Shown in pieces: positions 22,749 to 34,737 of a stretch of 43,775 nucleotides of DNA; the first letter of the stretch is position 1, and the number at the start of each line of letters is the position of its first letter. The notes below the pieces were generated by a model. It saw nothing but the letters and a program-made list of their open reading frames with translations. It ran no database searches and was not told where the DNA came from. Source of the DNA: Trichosphaerium sp. ATCC 40318 (lineage: Eukaryota > Protista > Tubulinea); contig JALMLS010000399.1 of NCBI GenBank assembly GCA_038496445.1, positions 1-43,775 on the forward strand, in the 5' to 3' direction. The translations under genes and the position numbers were made by a program.

Positions 22749-23288
22749 TTACTCTTCTTCAGTCTTTTTAGCGCGTTTAGCGGTCTGTTGCCTTTCCAGT
22801 TCTTCCTGGGCCTTGCGTATCTTGTAGGCCTTCTTGGTATCGCCACGGCGACGGCGGGTGTTGGTGAACCATACGCTCACTTGAGAGACTGATAGTCCTG
22901 TAGTTGTAGCAAGTTCTTCTTTGACGTCAGTTTCTGGGTATGGCAGAGGTAGATGAGCTTGGTACCATGTACGTTAGAGTTAAGGAGGAGAAGATTGAAA
23001 AAGCAGAAAAATGATTGATTAAAAAGGATATAAGTCCATGGTAGCAATAGCATCAGCGTTGTGGTTTGCGGGGCGGTTATTACCAGTTATTGGAGGAATT
23101 CTAACGTCGTAGTTGTTTTCGTGGTCCTGTCTAATGGTTGGGGAGTAATCGTTTAGGTCTTGACCGTCAAGTAGCCCAGTCACTAAATGATCAACATCAG
23201 ACTCTATCATCGCTAATTTTTGCAATCCTTTGCGAACTGCTTCGTTTTCGAGAGTGTTTTGCGGTTGTTGTTGTTGAGATGCTGCCAT
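22749..23288 (-). CDS. TALE homeodomain protein, short class (S2); exons 23288-23032 and 22968-22749
   Basis: Spliced product ...AIATMDLWYQAHLPLPYPETDVKEELATTTGLSVSQVSVWFTNTRRRRGDT. Confidence 0.9.
22969..23031 (-). other. U12-type AT-AC intron (63 nt)
   Basis: 5' ATATCCTTT, branch TCCTTAAC (22986-22979), 3' AC 10 nt later; same codon position and phase 2 as the S1 intron. Confidence 0.92.
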
Positions 23289-23751
23289 TGTTGTTGAAAG
23301 TTGTTTTTATGCAAGTTATGCCGATAAAACTTTGGCATGAAAAGTCTCTAATCACTCAACAAGTTGTACCTGAATAAAAATTATGGGCACAGCCTAACGG
23401 AGGCAGTATTTAGACGCTTGTTGAGTGTTTTCAAACCTTTCTACTTTTGGAGAAAACATATTTCGAGTTATTACACCTCTAGTTAGGGTCGTGTACGTAT
23501 TCTGAGACAGACGCGCGCATTTCCGTAATTTGCTTTAAAATAAAATAAATGATTGATACCGTAAAATCTCATATTCCAGTCTTATCTACCTTACGCGTTA
23601 GTATAAACTTGTAGGAGTAAAAAACGAGTTTGAAGAGAAACCGGGATTGTCGCCAAATTTGGAGACTTTGGGTGGTAGACTTTCACATTCAAATTCATCT
23701 ATCTATCATTCGTAATCCATCAACAACTCGTCAACGACTCTTAAACGAAAA

Positions 23752-25144
23752 ATGGCTGAACGCACCGAAGATACCGCTCGTATTAATGAAGAAGTACTCA
23801 ATCTGGCAAAAGCCTTCCAAAAATCTGTAATAATCACTCCAAAACAACCAATTCCCGAAGTTGTACCCCAGATAACAAAAGATGAAGTATTTGCAATGTT
23901 TGCCGAGCATATAACCAGCGAACTCATGGTTCAAAAAGTTACTTGGTTATTCTCGCAATACGTTAACGCTCTTACGCAACTTGAAGCCATCGTAAATACC
24001 AAGGTTGAAAACCTATCACGTGAGCTATCCAGCCCAGCTATGGTTGCGTTGATTCCAAGCGAATTGAAGAAATTGAAATTGCACATCGTTTCAATCGAAT
24101 ACAACTCAGTACGCCTTAAATACCAGGAGAGACTTGCCAGAGCTATTACTCAAGCAATTGAATATCAACGCACTCTTCCTGAGCAAACTAGACGAATTCC
24201 TCCTCGCGCGCACAGAATTCTTACCAATTGGCTCTTTGTACACGCTGCAGTACGTATATTTGTTTCTTTCGTTCAACCTTTGTTATGATTGATACTAATT
24301 ATTGTCATAGAATCCTTATCCAACCGAGGCCGAGAGACAGAAGCTTGGCTATGTTTGCAACTTGAAATGGGCTCGAGTCAAGACATGGTTCAACAACAAC
24401 AGGAATCGTCGCCGTGAAGATTTGGCTGCATGGCTTGTTGCACGTGGTGTTGTACCAGTTCCAAACGCTCAAGGTCGTCGCAAAAGAAATCGTGCTGCTG
24501 CACCTGGGCGTACACCTGTAGCCATGCCTGCTCGTGCGCCTGTAGCCACTCCTGCGCGTGCACCTGTAGCTGTACCTGGGGGCGCACCTGTAGCCAGACC
24601 TGCTCGTAAACCTGTAGCATCTCCTTCACATAGCGCCACTCCAGCTACCCCTCAGCGTAGACCTAATCTGAAGAAGATTAAGAAAGAGAAGAATTACACC
24701 GAGAAAACACCAACCACAACTCCAGCTAATCAATCAAATGTACACTCAATGCCACCTTCGCCAGCTGTCAACAACGCTGTCAATACAGTCTTTCCAATGA
24801 CAAGTACGCTTGTTTTTACTACTCTCTAAGCCTTTCTTACTTGCTTAGCTACGTTTCCACCCGCCATTCTCACTGCTCCAGTCCTAGATGATGCGTTCAT
24901 CAAAACTGAAACCAATTTTCTAAACCATGGAATGATAACTGATGGAGAGGAACCAATGGAACTTGAGCTACCTATATTTCAAGACCCTCCCGAAATGCTA
25001 TTTAGCCCGATGGGAGAACTCGTAGTATCTGACGAGATGCTCCTTGACACTGATGATATCATCGACCACAGTTTTGGTGAACTTGTAACTGGTTTCTTAA
25101 ACGAGATGGCAGACCAATTTGTCTTTCGTGATCCTAAACCATAA
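23752..25144 (+). CDS. TALE homeodomain protein, long PBC-like class (L1); introns 24250-24310 and 24804-24848
   Basis: Spliced ILTNWLFVHAA-NPYPTEAERQKLGYVCNLKWARVKTWFNNNRNRRR; helical N-domain, Pro-rich linker, acidic C-terminus. Confidence 0.9.
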
Positions 25145-25706
25145 GTTAGTTTTTTGGAGTATATTCCTGTGACACAGAAATAAAATCAAACTCAATATAT
25201 ATCTTGTTTATGTGCTTGTACCACTTTCCTCGTCTCTTATATAGCCTTATAGCACCTTAAGATCTGTTGATTCCGCTAAAGTAATTGCCGTTTGCACGTA
25301 TGAGATGGATTCGGTGATGATTGATTCAAGATTGATTTTTAACATAATCTTTATCGAAATACGCCCAGAACATCGAATAGTGTACGTAGAGTTCATGTAG
25401 ATGAGTTTTAAAAGTTTCTGGAAAGAAACTTTCGAACGTTACCAAATATGGAGAAGACGTTGGTGAGGACTCGCTTTATGAACTAAAAAATGAATATAAA
25501 GTGTTATATCACCGTGTAAAAGTTCTATCAATGGTTGTAAAGTGATATCAATCAACGTACGTAAGTTTTCGTGGATATTTGTAAAAAAAAATCTATCAAA
25601 ACCAATCAACACTGAAAACGAATTTGGCCACAAAACTTTTTACACTCAAATACAGTCAAATAAAAATCATTCCAACATCATCAAACAACAACAACAGCAC
25701 CTCAAC

Positions 25707-27145
25707 ATGGCCGAAAACAATCCAAAAGACCGTTCTAGTACCAAACAAAGCGAAGTTGATGAGTTGACTAAGCTTTTCGCTTCTGCAATGTACATCCAAT
25801 CACCTGATGGTGTCGACATTGTGAAACAACTCACGAAACAAGAAGTATTCAACAGATTCGAGAACAAGATTACAACCGACTTGCTCATCGAAAAAGTATC
25901 ATGGCTGTACTCTCAATATGTCATCTCTTTAGTCCGTCTCGAGACTATTCTCAGTAGACATCAACAAGTAGTAAAACAAGAGCTATCTAAAGATCAAGTG
26001 GTATCTACAATGACTCCAGAATCGATAAAGAAGCATATTCAACTTCTAAATATAGCATGTAATCGTGCAAGACTTGTGTATCAACAACAACTCTTCTTGT
26101 CAATTGTGAGTACAATTGAACGTCAAGCAAGTCTTCCAGCAGGCACAAGAAAGATTCCATCACGTGCCAAGAGAATCCTCACCAACTGGTTATTTGAACA
26201 CGCCACTGTACGTATATTTTACACAGCTGTTCAGTATCAAATAGTTGATACTCACCTTTGTTTTAGAACCCTTATCCAACTCAAGCTGAACGTGAAAAGT
26301 TGGCTTTCATTTGTGATATGAAATGTGCTAGAGTCAAGACTTGGTTCAACAACAACCGCAATCGCCGTCGTGAAGATTTGGAGAACTGGATTGATCAGCA
26401 AAACCTCGCAGAAAACCATGTGCCAAGACGTAGAAGGAACCAACGTAGGCGCAACCCAAACCCTCGACCAGCCAACCCAGTGGCTATTCCTACCCTACCA
26501 GCTCCAGCTACTATTCTTGCCGCCCCAACTCGCCAAGTCAAGCCACCAGTAACTATTCCTACTCCACGTACACGCGCAGCTGTTCCATGTTGTCCTAAAA
26601 TCAAAAAAGAACCTAAAAAAGTTCAACGATCATCAACTTCTCCTTCACCTCATCCACCATGTATTCTAGCGCCAACACTTCCCTGTATCAGATCTATAAC
26701 TGCTTTCAATGCCCTGGCTCATCCAATACCTTTAGTGAACAACGAGACTGTACCTCAACCAACCTTAGGTACGTCTTAGAGAAACCTGCATCCGAAATAT
26801 TTGCTAACTCTTTGCATAGTTGAAGTGAAGCGTGAAGAAGTACTATGTGCTCCAACGGACAGATACTGCTTCTCAATAATTAACACTTTTCTCACCAGTG
26901 GTATGGATGGTCCAGATGACGAAGATGTGTCAGGCTTAGCGCCAGTTTATGGCTCATTGCCAGTGATGACAATCGATCCATTTGGAATACTCTCTCAAGG
27001 AACCGTTCCTCATTTATCAACTGAAGGTCTATCCTCAGAGAACGCTGAACAAACTGTAGACGCTTTCGTTAATTCTGTAGCGGATAACTTTGTTCTTAAA
27101 GGATTTGAGGATTCCTTGGATGAAATGGATGAAGATAAAAAGTGA
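25707..27145 (+). CDS. TALE homeodomain protein, long class (L2); introns 26208-26266 and 26769-26819
   Basis: ILTNWLFEHAT-NPYPTQAEREKLAFICDMKCARVKTWFNNNRNRRR; same exon structure as L1. Confidence 0.9.
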
Positions 27146-27485
27146 AAGTTCGATTAACGTAACTGCAAAATCTGCAGTGAGCATAAAAGTAATAAATATC
27201 AAGTTTGTATTCACTTCTTTCTTTGCTTTAACGTTCTGTGATAAACCACTTGCTAAAATTGAACGTATCAACGCACTATCGACGCTCAAGTCACGTTTTG
27301 AAAGCGAATTTAGCAGATTTGTTATTTTATGTTTAAAAACCTCTGTAGCGTCATTTGCGCTTTATCTAATGAATTAAAATAGGTTGTGAAGTTTTCAGTA
27401 TTCGCCATATTAGGAATATTCCTGTAAGTCAACAAAACGTACACAAAACAACTCAATCAGCTTGCAATCGCTCTAATATCAATCA

Positions 27486-28778
27486 ATGACAACATCTATC
27501 AACTCTAGCACTAAAATCGATAAAGGCGTTGCTGAACTAGCTAATTACTTTACAAAAACAAGTTTTATCCAATCTCCAGTCGAAGTAGAACTTGTTAAAC
27601 AACTTAGCAAACAACAAGTATTTAATTACTTTAAACCTTTAATAACAGACAAAATACTAGATGAGAAGGTATCTTGGTTGTACTCTCAGTACGTAGTATC
27701 ACTTCGACGGCTTGAAACAAGTGTGATTAAAAGCCAAGAGAAATTTGCACGTGAACTCTCCCAAACACCCTCATTATTAGCTCACAGTTCAACATTCCGT
27801 TATGCTCAAGTACATTTCATATCAGTAGAGTGCAATGAGATGAGGACAAAATATCAAGAACAACTATTCTCAGCAATAGAATTCACACATGATCGCTATT
27901 CGAAACTCCCTATTAGAAAATCCAGACGTTTTCCTAAACGTGCTCTACGTATCCTGACACACTGGCTGTTTGAAAATGCTGCAGTAAGTAATGCCCTTTC
28001 TAATGTCTTATGATACTTACATCATGTACAGGATACTCACCCAACCTTCGAAGAGATCCATAAGCTAGCCTTTGTTTGTGATTTGGAATGTGCTCAGGTA
28101 AAGAGATGGATAATAAACAACGCTATACGTAGAAAAGAAGATTTGACAACTTTTATGCAAGAGAAAGAAGCTAGGGAGAATAAACAACTGCTGGAGAAAA
28201 ATAAGAACACAGCTACTAGTAGACCGGATTCTTTTATTCAATTTCCTAGTCAAACAATCGAACTGCAACATAGCAAACATCAAACTATAGACCTTCCTGT
28301 ACATCTTGCGTCAAAAGATAAGGAATATGAGGTTCCTCTAGTACCACCACGTGTTCAGCACGTAAATCATAGTGATAGTATGCTGATGCAAGATGCAAAC
28401 ACAAATTCGCAATCTCTTGACAACGAAACAGGTACATACCACAGCAGCTGTTTGTTAACAATACACTGACTATTTTTAGCGCCAGTATCTCTAGATCAAG
28501 GTGACTTAGGTGTTTCTTGGCCTGTATTACAACAAAATGACATAGTTCTAAACAATGATTGGGCAACAGATGACAACTCAGGTTTTTGGAACAAGCTTGA
28601 GACCAATGAAGCAGAACACGAAATCTTTTGGGAAGATCAATTGAACAATAGCACAACAGCAGAGCCAGTATATATGGAGTTTACTATGGGTGATATGCTC
28701 CTATCAGATCCACTCTATACAACACCAGAACCAGAATTTCTTGTATTAGGCTATAGTGGCGAAGTACTTAGTCTATAA
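27486..28778 (+). CDS. Long-class TALE paralogue with a degenerate recognition helix (L3); introns 27984-28031 and 28432-28479
   Basis: KVSWLYSQYV N-domain intact; homeodomain ILTHWLFENAA-DTHPT...QVKRWIINNAIRR; spliced ORF open to TAA at 28778. Confidence 0.85.
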
Positions 28779-29226
28779 TTGTAAACATACAATGATCATT
28801 TCAATACAATACTTAGCTGCCTTTATCTACATATTTCTTTCATTCTTAAGTGTACTGTTCTAGCAATACTAACCTTTAGAGACTCGAAAAGTGATACATC
28901 AATCGTTCTGGTACGGCAACTGTTCGAAAATGTAACAAGCTTGTTTCTCGAACTGGTTGTTTATGTAGGCTTGTGTTGTAGATAAATGTCATTTTTGATG
29001 TAAATCAATATTGGTATCGTTGTATCAACGATTTACAATGCTAGACATTGGCGTGGTACACGTGATTCAAGAAAGTTTTATTGACATAAAGGAAAGCAAC
29101 AATCTAGGTTTACACAAAGGATAATATCTAATGTTTTCGAAATGCAAAGTGGGTAATTAACAAGACAATCTTAAATTCAACCAGTTGTTTTATTGGAATA
29201 TTTGACAAACAGATCCCAGTATGAAG

Positions 29227-30553
29227 TTACTCTTCTTTGATCTCTTTTTCTTCAGAATTCATTGCATCATAGAAAGGTTGATAGCCACAACTATCAAGCA
29301 CAAAGTCATCAACAACGGTAGTTAGGAAAGACTCGACTTTAATCTCAGCGTTTTCAGCTGTAAAGTCATCGATCGGTAGCTGAGGAACGGTAGCATCAGG
29401 TAAGGTTCCAAATGGTTCGAGCATCATCAAGTTATGTCCATACGCTGGTGACATATCAGTCATTTCTTCGTCATCTGAATAATCAATGCCGTAGGTGAGA
29501 AAGTTGTTGTTCATGAAGGACTGTCTATTAGTTTGTGTAGCGATTGGTTTCTCTTCTTTTACTTCAACTAGGAAAAGAGTGAGTCGTAAAAAGTACACGT
29601 GATTTTAATACGTACCAAAAGTTGGCTGAGGTGCAGCGTTGCTGTTTACGACAGGTACTGGAGACGTAGGAGATGCAGTAGCCGCTACAGTATTGGTTTG
29701 GAGAGTAGTTGGTGGAACAGGAGCAGCTACTGGTGTTGGCGGATTGGCTGGAATCAGTGCAGGAGCAGCCGTTGGAGCTGGAGGGTTGGCTGGTCGAGGG
29801 TTTGGATTGCGCCTACGTTGGTCCCCTCTGCGTGTTGGCACTGGGTTTGGTACGAGGTTGTTTTGATCAATCCAGTTCACCAAAGCTTCACGACGACGAT
29901 TACGGTTGTTGTTGAACCAAGTCTTGACTCTCGCACATGTCATATCACAAATGAAAGCCAACTTTTCACGTTCAGCTTGAGTTGGATAAGGGTTCTAAAA
30001 CAAACGTGAGTGTCAAATATTTGAGACAGAATAACTTGTAAAATATGCGTACAGTGGCGTGTTCAAATAACCAGTTGGTGAGGATTCTCTTGGCACGTGA
30101 TGGAATCTTTCTTGTGCCTGCTGGAAGACGTGCTTGACGTTCGATTGTGCTCACAATTGACAAGAAGAGTTGTTGTTGATACACAAGTCTTGCACGATTA
30201 CATGCTGTATTTAGAAGTTGAATATGCTTCTTTATCGATTCTGGAGTCATTGTAGATACCACTTGATCTTTGGATAGCTCTTGTTTTACTGCTTCCTGGT
30301 TTCTACTAAGAGTAGTCTCAAGACGGACCAAAGAGATTACATATTGAGAGTACAGCCATGATACTTTTTCGACAAGAATAGCGGAAGTAATCTCGTTCGC
30401 GAATCTGTTGAATACTTCTTGTCTTGTGAGTTGTTTCACAATGTCGACACCATCAGGTGATTGGATGTACATTGCAGAAGCGAAAAGCTTAGTCAAGTCA
30501 TCAACTTCGCTTTGTTTGGTACTAGAACGGTCTTTTGGATTGTTTTCGGCCAT
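29227..30553 (-). CDS. TALE homeodomain protein, long class (L4), inverted paralogue of L2; introns 30052-29995 and 29615-29568
   Basis: Near-identical to L2 in the N-terminus and homeodomain (WFNNNRNRRR); diverged linker and C-terminus. Confidence 0.9.
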
Positions 30554-31291
30554 GTTGAGGTGTTGTTGTTGTTGTTTGATGATATTGGAATGATATTTAT
30601 TTGACTGTATTTGAGTGCAAAAAGTTTCGTGGCCAAATTCGTTTTCAGTGTTGATTGGTTTTGATAGATTTTTTTTACAAATATCCACGAAAACTTACGT
30701 ACGTTGATTGATATCACTTTATATTCATTTTTTAGTTCATAAAGCGAGTCTTCACCAACTCTTCTCCATATTTGGTAACGTTCGAAAGTCTCTTTCCAGA
30801 AACTTTTAAAACTCATCTACATGAACTCTACGTACACTTTTCGATAATTCCGGGCGTATTTTGACAAAGAAAATGTTAAAAATCAATCTTGAACCAATCA
30901 TCACGGAATCCATTTCTAATTTCATAAGCGTGACTATAGAACTCGGTATTATGCTCATATCCCGTTTTAACTATTAAAACTAACTGTTTACGGGTTTCTG
31001 CTTTAATTTTAGAAAAGTAAATAGCAGCCTATTTAAACTGTATAACTAGGCGCCATATTTGAGGTTATAGCTATTCTACGCGATTGCTAAGCACTAAACA
31101 CGTTTCCGACCGAAATTTGTTAATGTTACAACCAATTTTAATAATTATAACCTACAACGTCTTATCCACGTATAGTATGTATCCGGGTTTGTATTTTCAG
31201 TTTTCGCCTAATTAGGAATAGAGAAGTAAAAGTTTTAGTGTACGTTGAGAGAAACTACTCAATCAACACGCTTTCAAGCTCTCAACAACCA

Positions 31292-32507
31292 ATGAACAAA
31301 TCTACCAACAAACCAAAGCGTAAAGACCAGGATATTGTAGAATTGACTAAAAGTTTTCAATCATCTGTTACTATTAGTCCTACACGCGCAAATGGAATTG
31401 TAAGACAATTGAAGAAAGAAGAAGTATTAGAAACGTTTAAAGGGCATATAACGAGCAAAATACTTGAAGAGAAGGTCTCTTGGTTGTATTCTCAGTATGT
31501 GAAAGAGCTAGTGCGTATGGAGACATTGATAAAGAAGAGCCAAGATGAAACAGCACGTGAACTGTCTGAATCATCTATCGGTGTAGCTTTATCAAAAAAA
31601 GACAAACAAAAGCAACTGGAACTGTTGAGTTTACAGTGCAACAAAATTAGAGTTCTCAAACAAGAGCGATTATTCAAAGCCATCGTCTTTACATTGGACA
31701 GACACGCTAAGCTGCCCAAACAAACAGGAAGACTGCACCCTGAACGTGCTATACGTATTCTAACACACTGGCTATTTACAAATGCAGCTGTACATACACA
31801 ACAAAGCAATTCTTTTTCAAGCAAAAAAACACTTGTTTCTCACTTTGTATTTAGGATCCTCACCCAACCACAGAAGAGGTCGCAGAACTCGCTTTTGCAT
31901 GTGATTTGAAACGCTGTCAGGTAAAGAGGCGGATAACTACAAATGCACGTAACCGAAAGCCCGACTTGGAGGTCTTTCTTGATCCAACCAAAAAAAAGGA
32001 GGAAGAAAAAAAGCCGGTCATCAGTACAAATACTGAAGCTATTGAGCGTTGTATTGTGCCACCAACAAAAGTAGAGACTATAATCAAAGAGATAGTAGTT
32101 GAGCCTTGTATGCCAACATCTCCACAGCGAACAGTTATCAAAATACAACCAGAAACGGACATTTTACCTGAACAGAATTCGTGTAACAAATCAACTCTAA
32201 CTCATCCAGAACAAAGCAAACAACAAGGTACAAAATATAAGTACTCTTCTTTTATTAACAGTTGTTCTAAGATAAACAGGTCTCATTTAGTGTAGACTCA
32301 ATAGTGTACGATAGTTCTTGGGATACACTTGAAACAGAACAAAACAATGCTTTGTTTTGGGAACGTCAAAATGACACATTGACAGAAATGTCAAATGATT
32401 CCTTCGCATCTACAACGTATGAATTTAACTGTATGGGCACGCAATACATCTCAGACATACTGGAATTCCCTATACTAGACTATAACGAAGACCTAGAAGA
32501 TTTGTAA
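31292..32507 (+). CDS. Long-class TALE paralogue with a degenerate recognition helix (L5); introns 31790-31854 and 32228-~32295
   Basis: KVSWLYSQYV N-domain; ILTHWLFTNAA-DPHPT...QVKRRITTNARNR; the second acceptor is ambiguous (32271 or 32295). Confidence 0.83.
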
Positions 32508-33453
32508 TCCGTTCCAAATAAAAAAACCACACCATATTTTGATTCGGATTCGGAAGATAGCCGCGTAGAAAAGGCTTATTCTAGGTTTTTGCAGAATTTT
32601 ACTTCATCGTCGCTTGTTTCGGTCTAGATTTGGTTTATTGAGTTTAAAACAGTATAACAATCGTAACACGTCCTGAATCACACGTCTCGTCTACGACAAT
32701 GATTTAAACACAAAACCTGCGGTGAATTTTTGTTTAACTCACCAATCCCGCCCTTGTTTCCAACAATGCGTGCCACACCATAATGAACTGTATTTCAGCT
32801 GGAAAGAGCGTAGTAAAATTCCAAAACAAGCAAGTTCTGAACTGTGCATTTTACGTTCTTACCACACTTGAAACGAGATAACCATACGCCATTAAAACAT
32901 TATACAAAGCTTTTAAGCGTATTATACTATTGGCAAAAAAAAAAAGAATACGAAGCTAACAAACCTCGCTTGCTATTATTCACATGATGTAAAACTACGC
33001 GATTATTGACCAATGCGAGTCTTTAAAATACTTCAAATATTATTTTGAATGTACTAACACTACAGATCTGTAACAAACTCACACTTATTAATTGAACTCT
33101 TATCAACGATCTAAAGATTGATTTTTATTTGTCAGAATAAACAGAATTCGGGTAAAGTTTGAGACAGTGAGTGAAAAAATCTTTCGATCTTAAACTTTCA
33201 AAAACCAAAACATCTTCTTTGGCTATTTGAAAGCTTCTAAGGCCGCCTCTGATTATGATTGATAAGTACTTTTAATTGAAATAAAAACACTCCCTTACGC
33301 TCGGATATACTACATTTATTGACATAGCATGGTTGGAATTGTAAATGGACGTACAACCAAATTAGGATGAATGAATTTTCGAGTTTTTTAGCCTAATATA
33401 TCATTATCAACCAAACGTACAAGCTCAACAACAACTCCTCAATCAAGAATACC

Positions 33454-34737
33454 ATGACAGAAACCACCTCTATGAATAACAAAGCATTCAATCAACAACT
33501 AGAAAACGTAGCTGCAAAGACTAAAAGCCTTACTCTAAGTCAGCTAAACAACAACTCCATCACTCCTCCGATCTCTAGACCAGCTTTCTTCCAAAAGTTC
33601 AACCAAGCAGTAAACGGAAACCTTTCTCTCGAGAAGCTATCATTCCTTTACGATAGATACGTCTTAGCGCTAGAAGACCTCGAAAGTCAAGTAACTAAAC
33701 AAGTTGCAAAACTTGAGCGCGTTCTTACAACTCCACCAGCATCGAACTTTATCAACGAAGCAACACGTGTTCAAAAGCTCAATTCTCTCTCTGCTAAATT
33801 CAATACTGTTCGTGTTGCTCAACAAACAAAGTTGTTTCAACTTGCTGCTAAGGCAATCGAACGTTGTGCTCTTATCCCAACATCAAGAAACCTCTCACCA
33901 CGTGCAAAGAGAATTCTAACCCACTGGCTCTTCCAAAATGTTAACGTACGTCCTTTTCTCTATCTCGCTTTGTCTATTTTAGTATCGCCTATCAATCACT
34001 CACTTTACGTTTAGAATCCTTGTCCAACTGACGCTCAAGTGCAAACTCTTGCTTACGTATGTGACATCGAACAAGTGAAAGTAAAAAACTGGTTCAACAA
34101 CAACAGACATCGACGCTCAGAGGACCTTAGAACCTTCCGTGTAAACAACGGTATCGCTCCTAATGCTCCCACACGCGTAGTACAACCATGTGATAACGAG
34201 AAATCGACCGCTCCTCCTAACCGCAAAATTCTTCGTGCCAATCGTGTCAAACCTGCTACCAACAAAGCAGCAACACCAACGCCAGTACCAATGCAAGTGC
34301 CTATCGTGATTAAAGATGAACCAAAAGAAACAGCGCCTAAATCTCCTCCTGCCACCCTCCCTCTCATTCTGCCTTCTCCAGTGATCAGCGGCCCAGCTGA
34401 AGTGCAACCTGTCGAAAGTACGTCTTTTATAAACAAACAGTTTCTGTTGTTTGACATAATTCTTACTTTGTTTTTTGCTATAGTTACTGTTCTCGAAGAA
34501 GGCTTTTCGGCTCCAGTTATTGACTTGGATGGTTCCGCTTACTTTCCAGAAGGCGAGGATTTTCTCACAACTGGTATGATCGAAGAATATCAGCCATTTG
34601 GCAGCTTTGGTTTTCTGAATGCAGGAAATAACATGGATGCTGCGGGCACAGAAGTTGCCCCTGTCTCTGATACGATGTTTATGAACGGAATGGTGGATGA
34701 ATACGTTTTCAATGAAGACTCTCCTCAAGATCTCTAA
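33454..34737 (+). CDS. TALE homeodomain protein, long class (L6); introns 33946-34014 and 34418-34483
   Basis: KLSFLYDRYV N-domain; ILTHWLFQNVN-NPCPTDAQVQTLAYVCDIEQVKVKNWFNNNRHRR. Confidence 0.88.

Larger units (their letters stand above)
25305..30913. repeat. Inverted duplication: arms ~25305-26480 and ~29785-30913 (promoter plus 5' part of L2/L4)
   Basis: About 400 bp of upstream DNA and exon 1 to the homeobox are near-identical in reverse complement; L3 lies between the arms. Confidence 0.88.
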
